Part shown: piece by piece, positions 55,744 to 64,000 of the stretch
How the letters are laid out: each line of letters begins with the position of its first letter
How positions within the stretch are numbered: the first letter of the stretch is position 1
From: an uncultured Acidobacteriota bacterium
GTDB taxonomy: Bacteria > Acidobacteriota > Thermoanaerobaculia > Multivoradales > SZUA-115
Direction of reading: 5' to 3'
Length of the DNA stretch: 64,000 nt
NCBI GenBank assembly: GCA_963805975.1
Contig: CAWDVR010000004.1
Span: forward strand, 525,069-589,068
The notes under the pieces: generated by a model
What the model was told of the DNA's origin: nothing
Seen by the model: the letters and a program-made list of their open reading frames with translations, nothing else
The model's database searches: none
Position numbers and translations under genes: made by a program

Positions 55744-56157
55744 GTTCACCTTCCGCCGGACGCGATGAGAACGGGCCTTGATGACACCCTGCTGCCCTAC
55801 TGAAGGGTCGCCAGAGAAGTAGACATCGACCGCGACTTGAGAACCCTCAAGATCGCATGCTGAGCGCATGCCGATGTCGCGCGGCAAGAGAATGCCTTCG
55901 CCGCCATCTCAGGAAGTTATAGATTCGATGGGGGCTTAGCGTGGCCCTCATCCGAGCCGTTCATCTCATACTGAGATCGCAGCGTTACCCGAAGGGGGCG
56001 TCGAGCACCGCATCAGGGCCTTGCGAGCTCGAACCGAACCGCCAGACCGGGTGTGCTTGGTTCCCGCGCCGGCCCTCGTGTACGCTTTCCATGCATGGCC
56101 GTGCATGAACGTTTTTCTTTCCCTCTTTGCCGTCTATCTACCCTGGAGGCCCTCACC

Positions 56158-57033
56158 TTGAGACGGACCCACACCGCTTGGCAAGTGCTCCGCCTGCTCG
56201 TCCCCGCTCTCGTCCTGGTCGCTGCCTCGGCCGCCCAGGCCCAGGAAGAAAAGAAGCTCGGCTGGTCCGACACCGCCGAGCTGGCGCTGGTGGCCACCGC
56301 CGGCAACTCGGAATCGTCCACCCTCGGCCTCAAGGACACCCTCTTCCACGGCTGGGAGAACGCCCGCTTCCAGCTCGACCTGGGAGCGCTGCGGGCCAAG
56401 ACCAGCACCTTCAGCCGGACGGCGATCGGCACCGGCGCCGGGGACTTCGTGCTGATCGAGGACGAGGAGAGCAAGCTCACGGCCGAGCACTACTTCCTGC
56501 GCGGCCGGTATGAGAGGGACCTCTCCGCGGCCTTCTACTGGTTCGGGGGCGCCGGCTGGGAGCGCAACGAGCTCGCCGGCTTCAGGAGCCGCACCTCGGC
56601 CGTCGGCGGCGTGGGCCGGGTGTGGCTCGCCGGCGAGACGGCGCGCTTCAAGACCGACGCCGGTCTCACCTTCACCGACCAGGACGATGTCACGGACAAT
56701 CCCGCCGCCGACTCCCAGTTCCTGGGCGTTCGCCTCTCCTACGACTACTGGCGCAGGCTCACTGCCTCGACCGAGTACGCGAGCGTGCTGATCGTGGACC
56801 TGAACGCGGACGAGACCGACGACCTGCGCGCCGACTTCACCAATTCGGTGGCAGTGTCGATGTCCGAGCGCCTGGCTCTCAAGGCAGGCCTGCAGCTCCT
56901 GTTCGACCACCAGCCGGCCCTGGCCGCGGTGCCGATCATCCGCCCCGACGGCACCCCGACCGGTGCCGTGGCCTTCGCCGAGCTCGACGACCTGGACTCG
57001 ATCTTCACCGTCTCCCTGGTCGCCAGCTTCTAG
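56158..57033 (+). CDS. outer-membrane beta-barrel protein, DUF481 (YdiY-like); start TTG (or ATG at 56095)
   Basis: GGAGG 10 nt upstream of TTG gives a typical signal peptide (RRTHTAWQVLRLLVPALVLVAASAAQA). DUF481-like alternating beta-strands, ending in F. Confidence 0.7.
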   Translation: MRRTHTAWQVLRLLVPALVLVAASAAQAQEEKKLGWSDTAELALVATAGNSESSTLGLKDTLFHGWENARFQLDLGALRAKTSTFSRTAIGTGAGDFVLIEDEESKLTAEHYFLRGRYERDLSAAFYWFGGAGWERNELAGFRSRTSAVGGVGRVWLAGETARFKTDAGLTFTDQDDVTDNPAADSQFLGVRLSYDYWRRLTASTEYASVLIVDLNADETDDLRADFTNSVAVSMSERLALKAGLQLLFDHQPALAAVPIIRPDGTPTGAVAFAELDDLDSIFTVSLVASF

Positions 57034-57038
57034 ATCTC

Positions 57039-59495
57039 TTACTCGCGGCCCAAGGCGTCCACCGGCTCCACTGCCGCGGCGCGGCGCGCCGGCAGGTAGG
57101 TGGCGGCCACGGAAACCGCCAGCAGCACCACGGCGACCGCGGCCAGGGTCGGCGGGTCGGTGGGCTGGACCTCGAAGAGCAGGCTCTTCATCCAGCGCAT
57201 CAGGACGAAGGAGGCGGCGAGGCCCAGGGCCACGCCCGCCGCCGCCACGCCGAGACCCTGGGCGAGCACCATCCTCACCACCTGCTGCCGCGCGGCGCCG
57301 AGCGCCATGCGCACGCCGATCTCCCGCGTGCGCTGCGAGACGAGATAGGAGATCACGCCGTAGATCCCCACCGCGCCCAGCAGCAGGGCGGCGCCGGCGG
57401 CGATCGACAGCAGCAGCATCGTGAAGCGGGTGCGGGCCATGGAGGCCGCGGTGACTGCGTCCATGGTGCGCAGGTTGGCGATCGGCACCTTGGGATCGAC
57501 TGCCCACACCGCCTGGCGCGCGGCGGCGGCGAGGCTCTCGGGCGCTACACGGGCCTTGACGGCGATCGACATCACGCGCGGCAGCCAGCCGACCGCGCCG
57601 CCGTCCCGGCCGGTGACCGGGTAGTAGAGGAGGTCCACCGGCGCCTTGGTGAGCGCTTCGTGCCGCACGTCGGCCACCACTCCGACGATGGTCAGCCAGT
57701 TCTCGCCGTCGCCCAGGCCGGGCTGCATCCGCTTGCCCAGGGCGCTCTTGCCGGGAAAGAACTTCTTGGCGAAGGTCTCGCTCACCACCAGGGCGCCGCT
57801 CTTGTCCACGGCGTCGGACGGTGCCAGCAAGCGGCCCTCGATCGCCTCGATGCCCATCGCCTCGAAGTAGCCGGGAGTGGCGCGCAGGTTGGGGACGATG
57901 GGCGGCAGGTCGTTCGGCGCCCGCGGATAGTCCTCGAACGCCATGCCGGACCAGGAGCTGCCGTTGGTGAGCGGCACCGAGGAGGCGGCGCCGGCGTGGG
58001 TGACGCCGGGGAGCGCGCGCAGGCCGTCCAGCACCTGGGTGTAGAAGCGCTCGACCGACGCCGCGTCCCGGTACTCCACGTCGTTGAGCGCCACGCGGAA
58101 GGTCAGCACGCCGGCGGGGTCGAAGCCGGGATCGACCTGGGCGAGCCGGGTGAAGCTCTTGAGCATCAGGGCCGAGCCCGCGGCGAGCACCAGCGCCAGC
58201 GCGAGCTGCGAGGCGACCAGCACGTTCCTCGCGCGGTGCCGCTCGCGGCCCACGGTGGCGCCGCGCGAGCCGTCGCGCAGCGTCGAGTTGATGCGCGCGT
58301 CGCCCTGGCGGAGAGCGGGGAAGACGCCGAACACCAGGCCGCAGGCGAGCGACAGCGCCGCCGTGAAGGCGAGGGCCCGGCCGTCGATCCCGATCTCGTC
58401 CAGGCGCGGAATGCTGCCGGGGTCGAGGGCGACCAACGCTTCGAGGCCGAGGCGGGCCAGGAGGAGGCCGAGGAGGCCGGCCGCCACGGTCAGCACCAGG
58501 CTCTCGAGAAGGGAAGACAGCGCGATCTGCCGCCGGCCGGCGCCGAGCGCGGTGCGCACCGCCACTTCCTTGGCGCGGCCCTCGGCGCGCACCAGGAAGA
58601 GGTTGGCCACGTTGGCGCAGGCGATAAGCAGGATGAGGCCGACGCTGCCCAGGAGGATCCACAGCAGCGTGCCCACGTCGCCCACCACGTCGTCGGCCAG
58701 CGGGCGCACCAGGGTCTTCATCTGCGCCTTCTCGAGCAGCTCGCGCGAGAGGTCGCCGGGGAAGAGCTCGGGGAGCCGCAAGAGCAGCGGGTCGAGCTCG
58801 GCCTTCGCCGCCGCCACCGTCACGCCGGGCTTCAGCCGGGCGATGCCGGAATAGTTGAAGTCGTCGTCGTCGGCCTTGGCGGGGTCGATCTCGAGCGGCA
58901 GCCAGAGCTCGACGTCCTTGGCCGGAAAGCGGAAGTCGGCCGGCAGCACACCGATCACCCGCCGGGCAACGCCGTCCACCTGGAGGGTGCTCTCGAGCAC
59001 GGCCGGGGCGCCGCCGAAGCGCTGCTTCCAGGCGCGTTCCGAGATCAGCACCACCGGCTCGGCCCCCGGCAGCTCCTCGTCCTCGCGGTAGAGGCGGCCG
59101 AGCATCGGCTGCACCCCGAGCACCGGGAAGAGCGATGCCGACGTGGCCGCGGAGGGGATGCGCGCCGGCTCGCCCTCGCCGGTGACGTTCGAGCTCTGCT
59201 CGGCGTAGACGGCGAGATCGTCGAAGGAATGGTTGTTCTGGCGGTAGAGAAGGTAGGTGGCCTCGCTGTGCTCGAACTGCGGCATGTTGAGGCCGGGCGC
59301 CGTGTGCCAGACGCTCACCAGCCGCTCCGCGTCGCGGTAGGGCAAGGGCTCGAGCAGCACCGAGCTCACGACGCTGAAAATGGCGCTGTTGGCGCCCAGC
59401 CCCAAGGCCAGCGTCAGGATGGTGACGACGGTGAAGCCCGGGGTCTTCCACAGGCGGCGGAGGACGGGCTTGAGTGACGGCAGGGCGTGGTCCAT
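57039..59495 (-). CDS. FtsX-like ABC transporter permease with duplicated FtsX domains (MacB-like, acidobacterial duplicated orphan permease type)
   Basis: 818 aa. N-terminal MacB-like periplasmic region followed by two FtsX 4-transmembrane modules. No adjacent ATPase gene. Confidence 0.8.
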   Translation of the reverse strand: MDHALPSLKPVLRRLWKTPGFTVVTILTLALGLGANSAIFSVVSSVLLEPLPYRDAERLVSVWHTAPGLNMPQFEHSEATYLLYRQNNHSFDDLAVYAEQSSNVTGEGEPARIPSAATSASLFPVLGVQPMLGRLYREDEELPGAEPVVLISERAWKQRFGGAPAVLESTLQVDGVARRVIGVLPADFRFPAKDVELWLPLEIDPAKADDDDFNYSGIARLKPGVTVAAAKAELDPLLLRLPELFPGDLSRELLEKAQMKTLVRPLADDVVGDVGTLLWILLGSVGLILLIACANVANLFLVRAEGRAKEVAVRTALGAGRRQIALSSLLESLVLTVAAGLLGLLLARLGLEALVALDPGSIPRLDEIGIDGRALAFTAALSLACGLVFGVFPALRQGDARINSTLRDGSRGATVGRERHRARNVLVASQLALALVLAAGSALMLKSFTRLAQVDPGFDPAGVLTFRVALNDVEYRDAASVERFYTQVLDGLRALPGVTHAGAASSVPLTNGSSWSGMAFEDYPRAPNDLPPIVPNLRATPGYFEAMGIEAIEGRLLAPSDAVDKSGALVVSETFAKKFFPGKSALGKRMQPGLGDGENWLTIVGVVADVRHEALTKAPVDLLYYPVTGRDGGAVGWLPRVMSIAVKARVAPESLAAAARQAVWAVDPKVPIANLRTMDAVTAASMARTRFTMLLLSIAAGAALLLGAVGIYGVISYLVSQRTREIGVRMALGAARQQVVRMVLAQGLGVAAAGVALGLAASFVLMRWMKSLLFEVQPTDPPTLAAVAVVLLAVSVAATYLPARRAAAVEPVDALGRE

Positions 59496-60053
59496 GGTCG
59501 GGCTCCTCGAAGCGTCGCGCGGCGGCGCTGCGGACTAGAACGAGCGGTGGGAGTGCGCCGTGAAAAGGCGGCGGTTTTCAGTGGGTGCGAAACCCACCCG
59601 GCAACTGGTCGCTCCAGCCGGTAGCAATCGGAGCGGTGGTGGAGGCAACGAAGCCATCGAAGCCTTCGATGAAGAGGGTCGCCTTGGGCGATCCGGCGAC
59701 CCTGCAGGCCGAAACGTGAGTGAACGCCGAGCAAGCCTCGAAACGTTCGATGTGGGAGCCGACCCGTTTTCCATTCGGGGAAGGCCGTGGTTCCTGGACG
59801 GGATGAGCGACAGCATCCAGGGGTCCCACCGGGGTACTGGCGTCGGCATGCAGGGAAGAGGGAACCGAGCGCAACACGGGAAGCCCCAGCGGTGCCGGAG
59901 CGTGTCCGGCAACCGACAGCCCGCGAGGGTCGGGTTGGGCCGTCTGGGGTGGCGGGGAGGCCCGTAGTAGCGAGGAAGCCGGGTAATGCCGGTGGAGCGA
60001 AGGGGCCTCAGGGCAGGGTCAACGCAGGACGTAGCGAGAGCCGGAGATTGGCG

Positions 60054-61379
60054 GTGAGCCTACAACCTCCACCCAAGGTTCGGAAGCTACAGGCGGCGTT
60101 GCACGCCAAAGCGAAGGGAGCGCCCGGCTACCGCTTCTACGCGTTGTACGACAAGGTGCACCGCGAGGACATCCTGGAGCTCGCCTACCGGAGTTGCGCC
60201 GCCTCGGGCGGCGCGCCGGGGGTGGACGGGGTGACCTTCGAGGCCATCGAGACGTACGGGGTGGCGAGGTGGCTGGGGGAATTGGCGCAGGAACTCAGGA
60301 AGAAGGAGTACCGACCGCAGGCCGTACGGCGGGTCTTGATCCCCAAGCCGGACGGCAGGCAGAGGCCGTTGGGCATCCCGACCGTCCGGGACCGCGTGGT
60401 GCAGACGGCTGTAGTGTTGGTCTTGGAGCCGATCTTCGAGGCCGACCTCCAGCCCGAGCAGTACGCCTACCGGGAGGGACGGAGCGCGCTGGATGCGGTC
60501 CGCCGAGTCCACTCGCTGCTCAACACCGGACATCGAGAGGTGGTCAACGCGGATCTGAGCGGCTACTTCGACAGCATCCCGCACGCCGAGCTGATGACCT
60601 CGGTGGCCCGCCGCATCAGCGACCGGTGGATGCTCCACCTGATCAAGATGTGGCTCCAGGCGCCGGTGGAAGAGGCCGACGGGCGGGGGCGCAAGTGTCG
60701 GACGACCCGCAACCAGGACGAGGGCCGGGGCATTCCGCAAGGGGCTCCCATCTCGCCGCTTTTGTCCAACCTCTACATGCGCCGGTTCGTCCTCGGCTGG
60801 AAGGTGCTCGGCCACGAGGGCCGGCTCGACGCGCACATCGTCAACTATGCCGACGACTTCGTGATCTGCTGCCGCGGCAACGCCCAGGAGGCGATGGCTG
60901 CGATGCGGGGCATGACGGAGCGGCTGAAGCTGGCGATCAACGAGTCGAAGACCCGGCTCGCACGGCTCCCCGAGGAATCGGTGGACTTCCTGGGCTACAC
61001 CATCGGTCGCTGCTGGTCGCCGAAGACAGGCCGGGCCTACATCGGCACGCGCCCGTCGAAGGCGCGGGTCCAGCGGGTCTGCCGCGAGATCAGCGAATTG
61101 ACCAGCAGCCGGTGGCAGCTGCTCGACGTCCAGGACCGGGTAGCGCGTCTGAACCACCTGATGGTGGGGTGGGCGAACTACTTCCGCCTGGGCCCGGTCA
61201 GCAGGGCCTACAACACCGTGGACACCCACGCCTGTCGTAGGCTGCGCCAATGGCTGCGGCGCAAGCACAAAGTGCGGGGTCCGGGCTACGCACGCTTCTC
61301 GGACAAGTACCTGCACGAGGATCTCGGCCTCGAGCGCCTCACCGTGCGCACCCGCAGCTTCCCGTGGGCGACCGCGTGA
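60054..61379 (+). CDS. ltrA: group II intron reverse transcriptase/maturase (intron-encoded protein)
   Basis: RT0-RT7 motifs (PKPDGRQRPLGIPTVRDRVVQ, DLSGYFDSIPH, YADDFVICC with the YADD catalytic motif). Maturase X domain (GWANYFRLG). No HNH/En domain. GTG start with GGAG 8 nt upstream. Confidence 0.85.
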   Translation: MSLQPPPKVRKLQAALHAKAKGAPGYRFYALYDKVHREDILELAYRSCAASGGAPGVDGVTFEAIETYGVARWLGELAQELRKKEYRPQAVRRVLIPKPDGRQRPLGIPTVRDRVVQTAVVLVLEPIFEADLQPEQYAYREGRSALDAVRRVHSLLNTGHREVVNADLSGYFDSIPHAELMTSVARRISDRWMLHLIKMWLQAPVEEADGRGRKCRTTRNQDEGRGIPQGAPISPLLSNLYMRRFVLGWKVLGHEGRLDAHIVNYADDFVICCRGNAQEAMAAMRGMTERLKLAINESKTRLARLPEESVDFLGYTIGRCWSPKTGRAYIGTRPSKARVQRVCREISELTSSRWQLLDVQDRVARLNHLMVGWANYFRLGPVSRAYNTVDTHACRRLRQWLRRKHKVRGPGYARFSDKYLHEDLGLERLTVRTRSFPWATA

Positions 61380-61391
61380 TGTCCTGTCCGA

Positions 61392-61424
61392 GAGCCGGAT
61401 GCGGGAGATCCGCACGTCCGGTTC
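61392..61424 (+). ncRNA. group II intron domain V (catalytic hairpin)
   Basis: GAGCCGGAUGCGG-GAGA-UCCGCACGUCCGGUUC: AGC triad, 2-nt bulge and GNRA-like loop as in canonical domain V. Confidence 0.8.
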
Positions 61425-61627
61425 GACGAGCGGGGAAGAGGAGACGGAGCTATGGCGGAGACTGAGGCACCGGCACTACGGCGAAAGCCGCCGGCAACAG
61501 CTACTCCCTCGGCCTGGAGCTACCGCGCCTCTCCTCGACTCTACGGCCTGGGTTTCGTCGCCGCCGGGCTTGACGCTTGCGCATTGCGTTGATAGAGGTC
61601 CGTCAAATAGGCGGAGGTCTGACAGCC

Positions 61628-63973
61628 ATGGAAGCCATGCGGGCGCGAATCGCCCATATCTCGGACCTGCATTTCGGCGTCGGTGTCGAGGAAACCACTC
61701 TGGCGATGCTGCGCCAGATCCTCCTCGACCAGGCCCCGGACGTCCTGATCGTCTCCGGCGATCAGGCGCACCAGCCCTTTCCCTGGCAGATGCGCAAGGC
61801 GGCGAAGTTCCTGGAAGACCTGACCCGCGACCTGCCATGGCGGGTGCCGCGGGTGGTGGTGATCCCCGGCAACCACGACTACAAGCTCTGGGGCAACGTC
61901 GGCCTGCGGCGGCTGACCCGTGTTCCCTATGCCGTGTACTTCGAGCAGCAAGGCTTGGCCAAACGATGGTGGCAGCGGTTGGGGGACTACCTCTCCCTGT
62001 CGGCGAACGCCTTGTGGCCGGGCGGCCGGCGGCTTCGGGATGGGCTCGAGGTGCAGGAGTACGCCGACCTCGGGGTGATCGTGACGGCCTTCAACTCCAA
62101 CACCCTGGCGGAGATGATGGCGGCCGGGCGGGTGGAGCGCGAGATCCTGCGCCAGTTCGCCGAGTACGCGACCTGGCGGCAGTCCCGCCTCTCCTTCGAC
62201 TTCCAGTTCAAGATCGCCGTTGTGCACCATCATCCGGCGCCCATCGCCTTCATGCCGGACGGCGCGCTCGGCCGGCTGCAAGAAAGCTTCATGGTCTTCT
62301 ACAACGCCGGCACTTTCCTCTACCTGGTGGACTTGCACGGGTTCCACCTCGTCCTTCACGGGCACAAGCACTTGGCGGGGCTGAGCCGGGTCAGTCACCC
62401 GGCGAGCAGCGGGCCGGGCGAAGTGGCGGTGGCGGCGGCGGGGTCGGCGGCCCATCCTCACCCGGACGACAGCCGGGGCAATCACCTGAACCTCATCGAC
62501 CTCTTCGAGGACGACACCGCCCGGCTGACCTCCTGGTTCTTTTCATCGGCGGTGCTGAAAAAGGTGCCGGAGACCCTCAACGTCTCACTGCACGACCTCA
62601 CAGAAGTGCAGCGCCGGCGGCATGCGATCTACAGCAAGCGCCGCGGGTACTCCTTCTCCCGCCTCGAGAAACGGGTGGCGATCACGGTGGACGGCTATAG
62701 CCTGACCCAGGAGTCGTTCCACGGCCTGCGCGTCACGATCGAGACGGGGATCTCCGACCTTCCTCTCGACCGGCGCACCTCGAGCCCCTGCTACCTGCGC
62801 GGCGCAAGCCTGCTCTCCAGCTCGCTTCCCTTGCTGGAGATCTCCCTCCCGCCCGGCCAGAGCGGCTTGCGCAGTTTGGTGGGCCGCTTCGAGCTGGGAC
62901 GGCGATGCCTGCCGAACCGGGAGCCGTTCGACTTTGCCTTTCAATATCTTCTAATGAACGGCCATGCCTTGAGCGCTCAGGAGTTCCAGCGGCGCTACGT
63001 CGACGCTCCCCTGTCGGCCGAGTACTCGACCATCACCTGCGAGCACGCCTGCGAGGAGCTGACGCTGTTCGTCGAATTTCCGAACGAGGGCCACCTCGAG
63101 GGCCTCCGGTATAGCGCTGCGGCCCTCTACCTCCCGGCTCCGCTGCGCGAGCTCGACGTCGACCCCGACGATGACCTCAAGCTGCACGCCACTGAATCCG
63201 AGCGGGCCGCGACCGGCTTGCGAAAGGAGGGCCGCTGCCTGGTGCTGCGGGTGGTCCGTCCGGTGCCTGGCTTTATGTACCGCCTCAGTTGGAAGTTCCG
63301 GGCCGAGCAGAACCCGAAGCGGCCGCCGCTCGAGATCGAGACCACGGCCTTTGCCGGCCAGAGGAAGCTCCTCGAAGCGGCCAGGGGCGCCGCTACTCGC
63401 GACCCCGTGGCCCAGGCTCACTACGCTCAGATCTGCGGGTTGGTCGACGTGCTGGCCAAAGAGCTCCAGCAGCAGCTCGGTGCGCGGGAGGAGCTCGAGG
63501 CGAGCGTCATGGTCTTCGACGAAGCCGCGTTGAAGCTTCGCATCGTCGCCGCCAACTTTGGACACATCGACGAGCTGGCGCGGGTCGAGCTGATCTCGGG
63601 CGAGGGCTGCGGAGGTTTCTCTTTCGAGAAGGTGCGGACGCTCCTCTTCCACCCGAGCCGCGACTCGATCGGCTACTACATCCGAGCCGCCGAGTATGCC
63701 GCGGTCAAGCCAGGGGCCGGAGCGCTGGTGGACCAGGACTACCTGGTCACCATCCCGTGGCTCTATCCGGCCGAGTGGCCGGCGGACCCGTCGCTGCAGA
63801 AGCTCGTCGTTGGCGTCGTGAGCATCGGATCGCGCAAAGTGGACTCGCGCCTGGCCCGGCTTTTCGACCTGGGCAACGACGAATGGATGAAACTGAACCG
63901 AACGCTGCTGGATTTGACCGCCCGGTGGGGCGCTGCTATGTTGCGGTTCGTGAGAGAGGAACCAAACCCATGA
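61628..63973 (+). CDS. calcineurin-like metallophosphoesterase fused to a large (~480 aa) uncharacterised C-terminal domain
   Basis: GGAGG then ATG. N-terminal MPE motifs (IAHISDLHFG, VSGDQ, GNHD, VVHHHP, HGHKH). The C-terminal ~480 aa has no recognisable family. 782 aa. Confidence 0.7.
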   Translation: MEAMRARIAHISDLHFGVGVEETTLAMLRQILLDQAPDVLIVSGDQAHQPFPWQMRKAAKFLEDLTRDLPWRVPRVVVIPGNHDYKLWGNVGLRRLTRVPYAVYFEQQGLAKRWWQRLGDYLSLSANALWPGGRRLRDGLEVQEYADLGVIVTAFNSNTLAEMMAAGRVEREILRQFAEYATWRQSRLSFDFQFKIAVVHHHPAPIAFMPDGALGRLQESFMVFYNAGTFLYLVDLHGFHLVLHGHKHLAGLSRVSHPASSGPGEVAVAAAGSAAHPHPDDSRGNHLNLIDLFEDDTARLTSWFFSSAVLKKVPETLNVSLHDLTEVQRRRHAIYSKRRGYSFSRLEKRVAITVDGYSLTQESFHGLRVTIETGISDLPLDRRTSSPCYLRGASLLSSSLPLLEISLPPGQSGLRSLVGRFELGRRCLPNREPFDFAFQYLLMNGHALSAQEFQRRYVDAPLSAEYSTITCEHACEELTLFVEFPNEGHLEGLRYSAAALYLPAPLRELDVDPDDDLKLHATESERAATGLRKEGRCLVLRVVRPVPGFMYRLSWKFRAEQNPKRPPLEIETTAFAGQRKLLEAARGAATRDPVAQAHYAQICGLVDVLAKELQQQLGAREELEASVMVFDEAALKLRIVAANFGHIDELARVELISGEGCGGFSFEKVRTLLFHPSRDSIGYYIRAAEYAAVKPGAGALVDQDYLVTIPWLYPAEWPADPSLQKLVVGVVSIGSRKVDSRLARLFDLGNDEWMKLNRTLLDLTARWGAAMLRFVREEPNP

Positions 63974-64000
63974 ACCCCACCTGGGACCCAGCCGAAGCAG

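Larger units (their letters stand above)
41670..55988. mobile_element. integrative mobilizable element (~14.3 kb): int - cargo - xis-like - relaxase - mobC - oriT - ROCO/TIR cargo
   Basis: Tyrosine integrase at the left end, AlpA-like HTH ORF, MobC plus relaxase with oriT-like palindromes, lower local GC (notably 43.7-46.6 kb). 11-bp direct repeat CGCAGCGTTAC at 41670-41680 and 55978-55988 immediately outside int and the last cargo gene. Boundaries are inferred. Confidence 0.6.
59553..61479 (+). mobile_element. group II intron (bacterial, En-less IEP), intergenic insertion; boundaries approximate
   Basis: 5' GUGCG at 59553. IEP ORF in domain IV. Canonical domain V GAGCCGGAUGCGGGAGAUCCGCACGUCCGGUUC at 61392-61424, followed by a DVI-like region. 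A 3' end near ...CUAC at about 61479 is a guess. Confidence 0.75.

Overview
This is a 64-kb window of high-GC bacterial DNA (about 65-70% GC), densely coding on both strands. Many long antisense ORFs in the supplied track are artefacts of the GC content. Gene content, notably an FtsX-type duplicated orphan permease, a tricorn protease and PQQ beta-propeller proteins, suggests an Acidobacteriota-like genome; this is inference only.

From 1 to about 41.6 kb the window looks like core chromosome. It holds a metal ABC importer (lipoprotein, ATPase, two permeases) in which both permeases carry C-terminal DtxR/MntR-type DNA-binding domains. It also holds three type II toxin-antitoxin-like pairs (HicAB, a PIN-like pair and VapBC), peptidases (tricorn protease, M19, M28), a cysteine synthase, mutM, udk, eda, an archaeal-type phosphoglycerate mutase (apgM), argS, and a TonB-dependent receptor with a His-rich loop. 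A six-gene minus-strand operon encodes an ECF sigma factor, a giant zf-HC2/FecR anti-sigma factor and two ABC ATPase plus ABC-2 permease pairs.

From about 41.67 to 55.99 kb lies a lower-GC integrative mobilizable element of about 14.3 kb. It carries a tyrosine integrase, a degenerate AlpA/excisionase-type HTH ORF, a MobC plus relaxase pair with oriT-like palindromes, and several hypothetical cargo genes. It is bounded by an 11-bp direct repeat nested inside a 27/28-bp inverted repeat.

Its largest cargo gene (51256-55743) encodes a 1495-aa ROCO-type protein with the architecture LRR (about 27 near-identical 23-aa repeats) - Roc GTPase - COR - C-terminal TIR domain. I read this as a candidate, apparently undescribed, NLR-like antiphage or abortive-infection module (LRR sensor, GTPase switch, TIR NADase effector) carried on a mobile element.

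Downstream of the island are a DUF481 outer-membrane protein and an FtsX-type duplicated permease. A group II intron (domain V recognisable, En-less reverse transcriptase/maturase) sits in the following intergenic region, immediately upstream of a metallophosphoesterase fused to a large uncharacterised domain.

No rRNA or tRNA genes and no CRISPR arrays were recognised.
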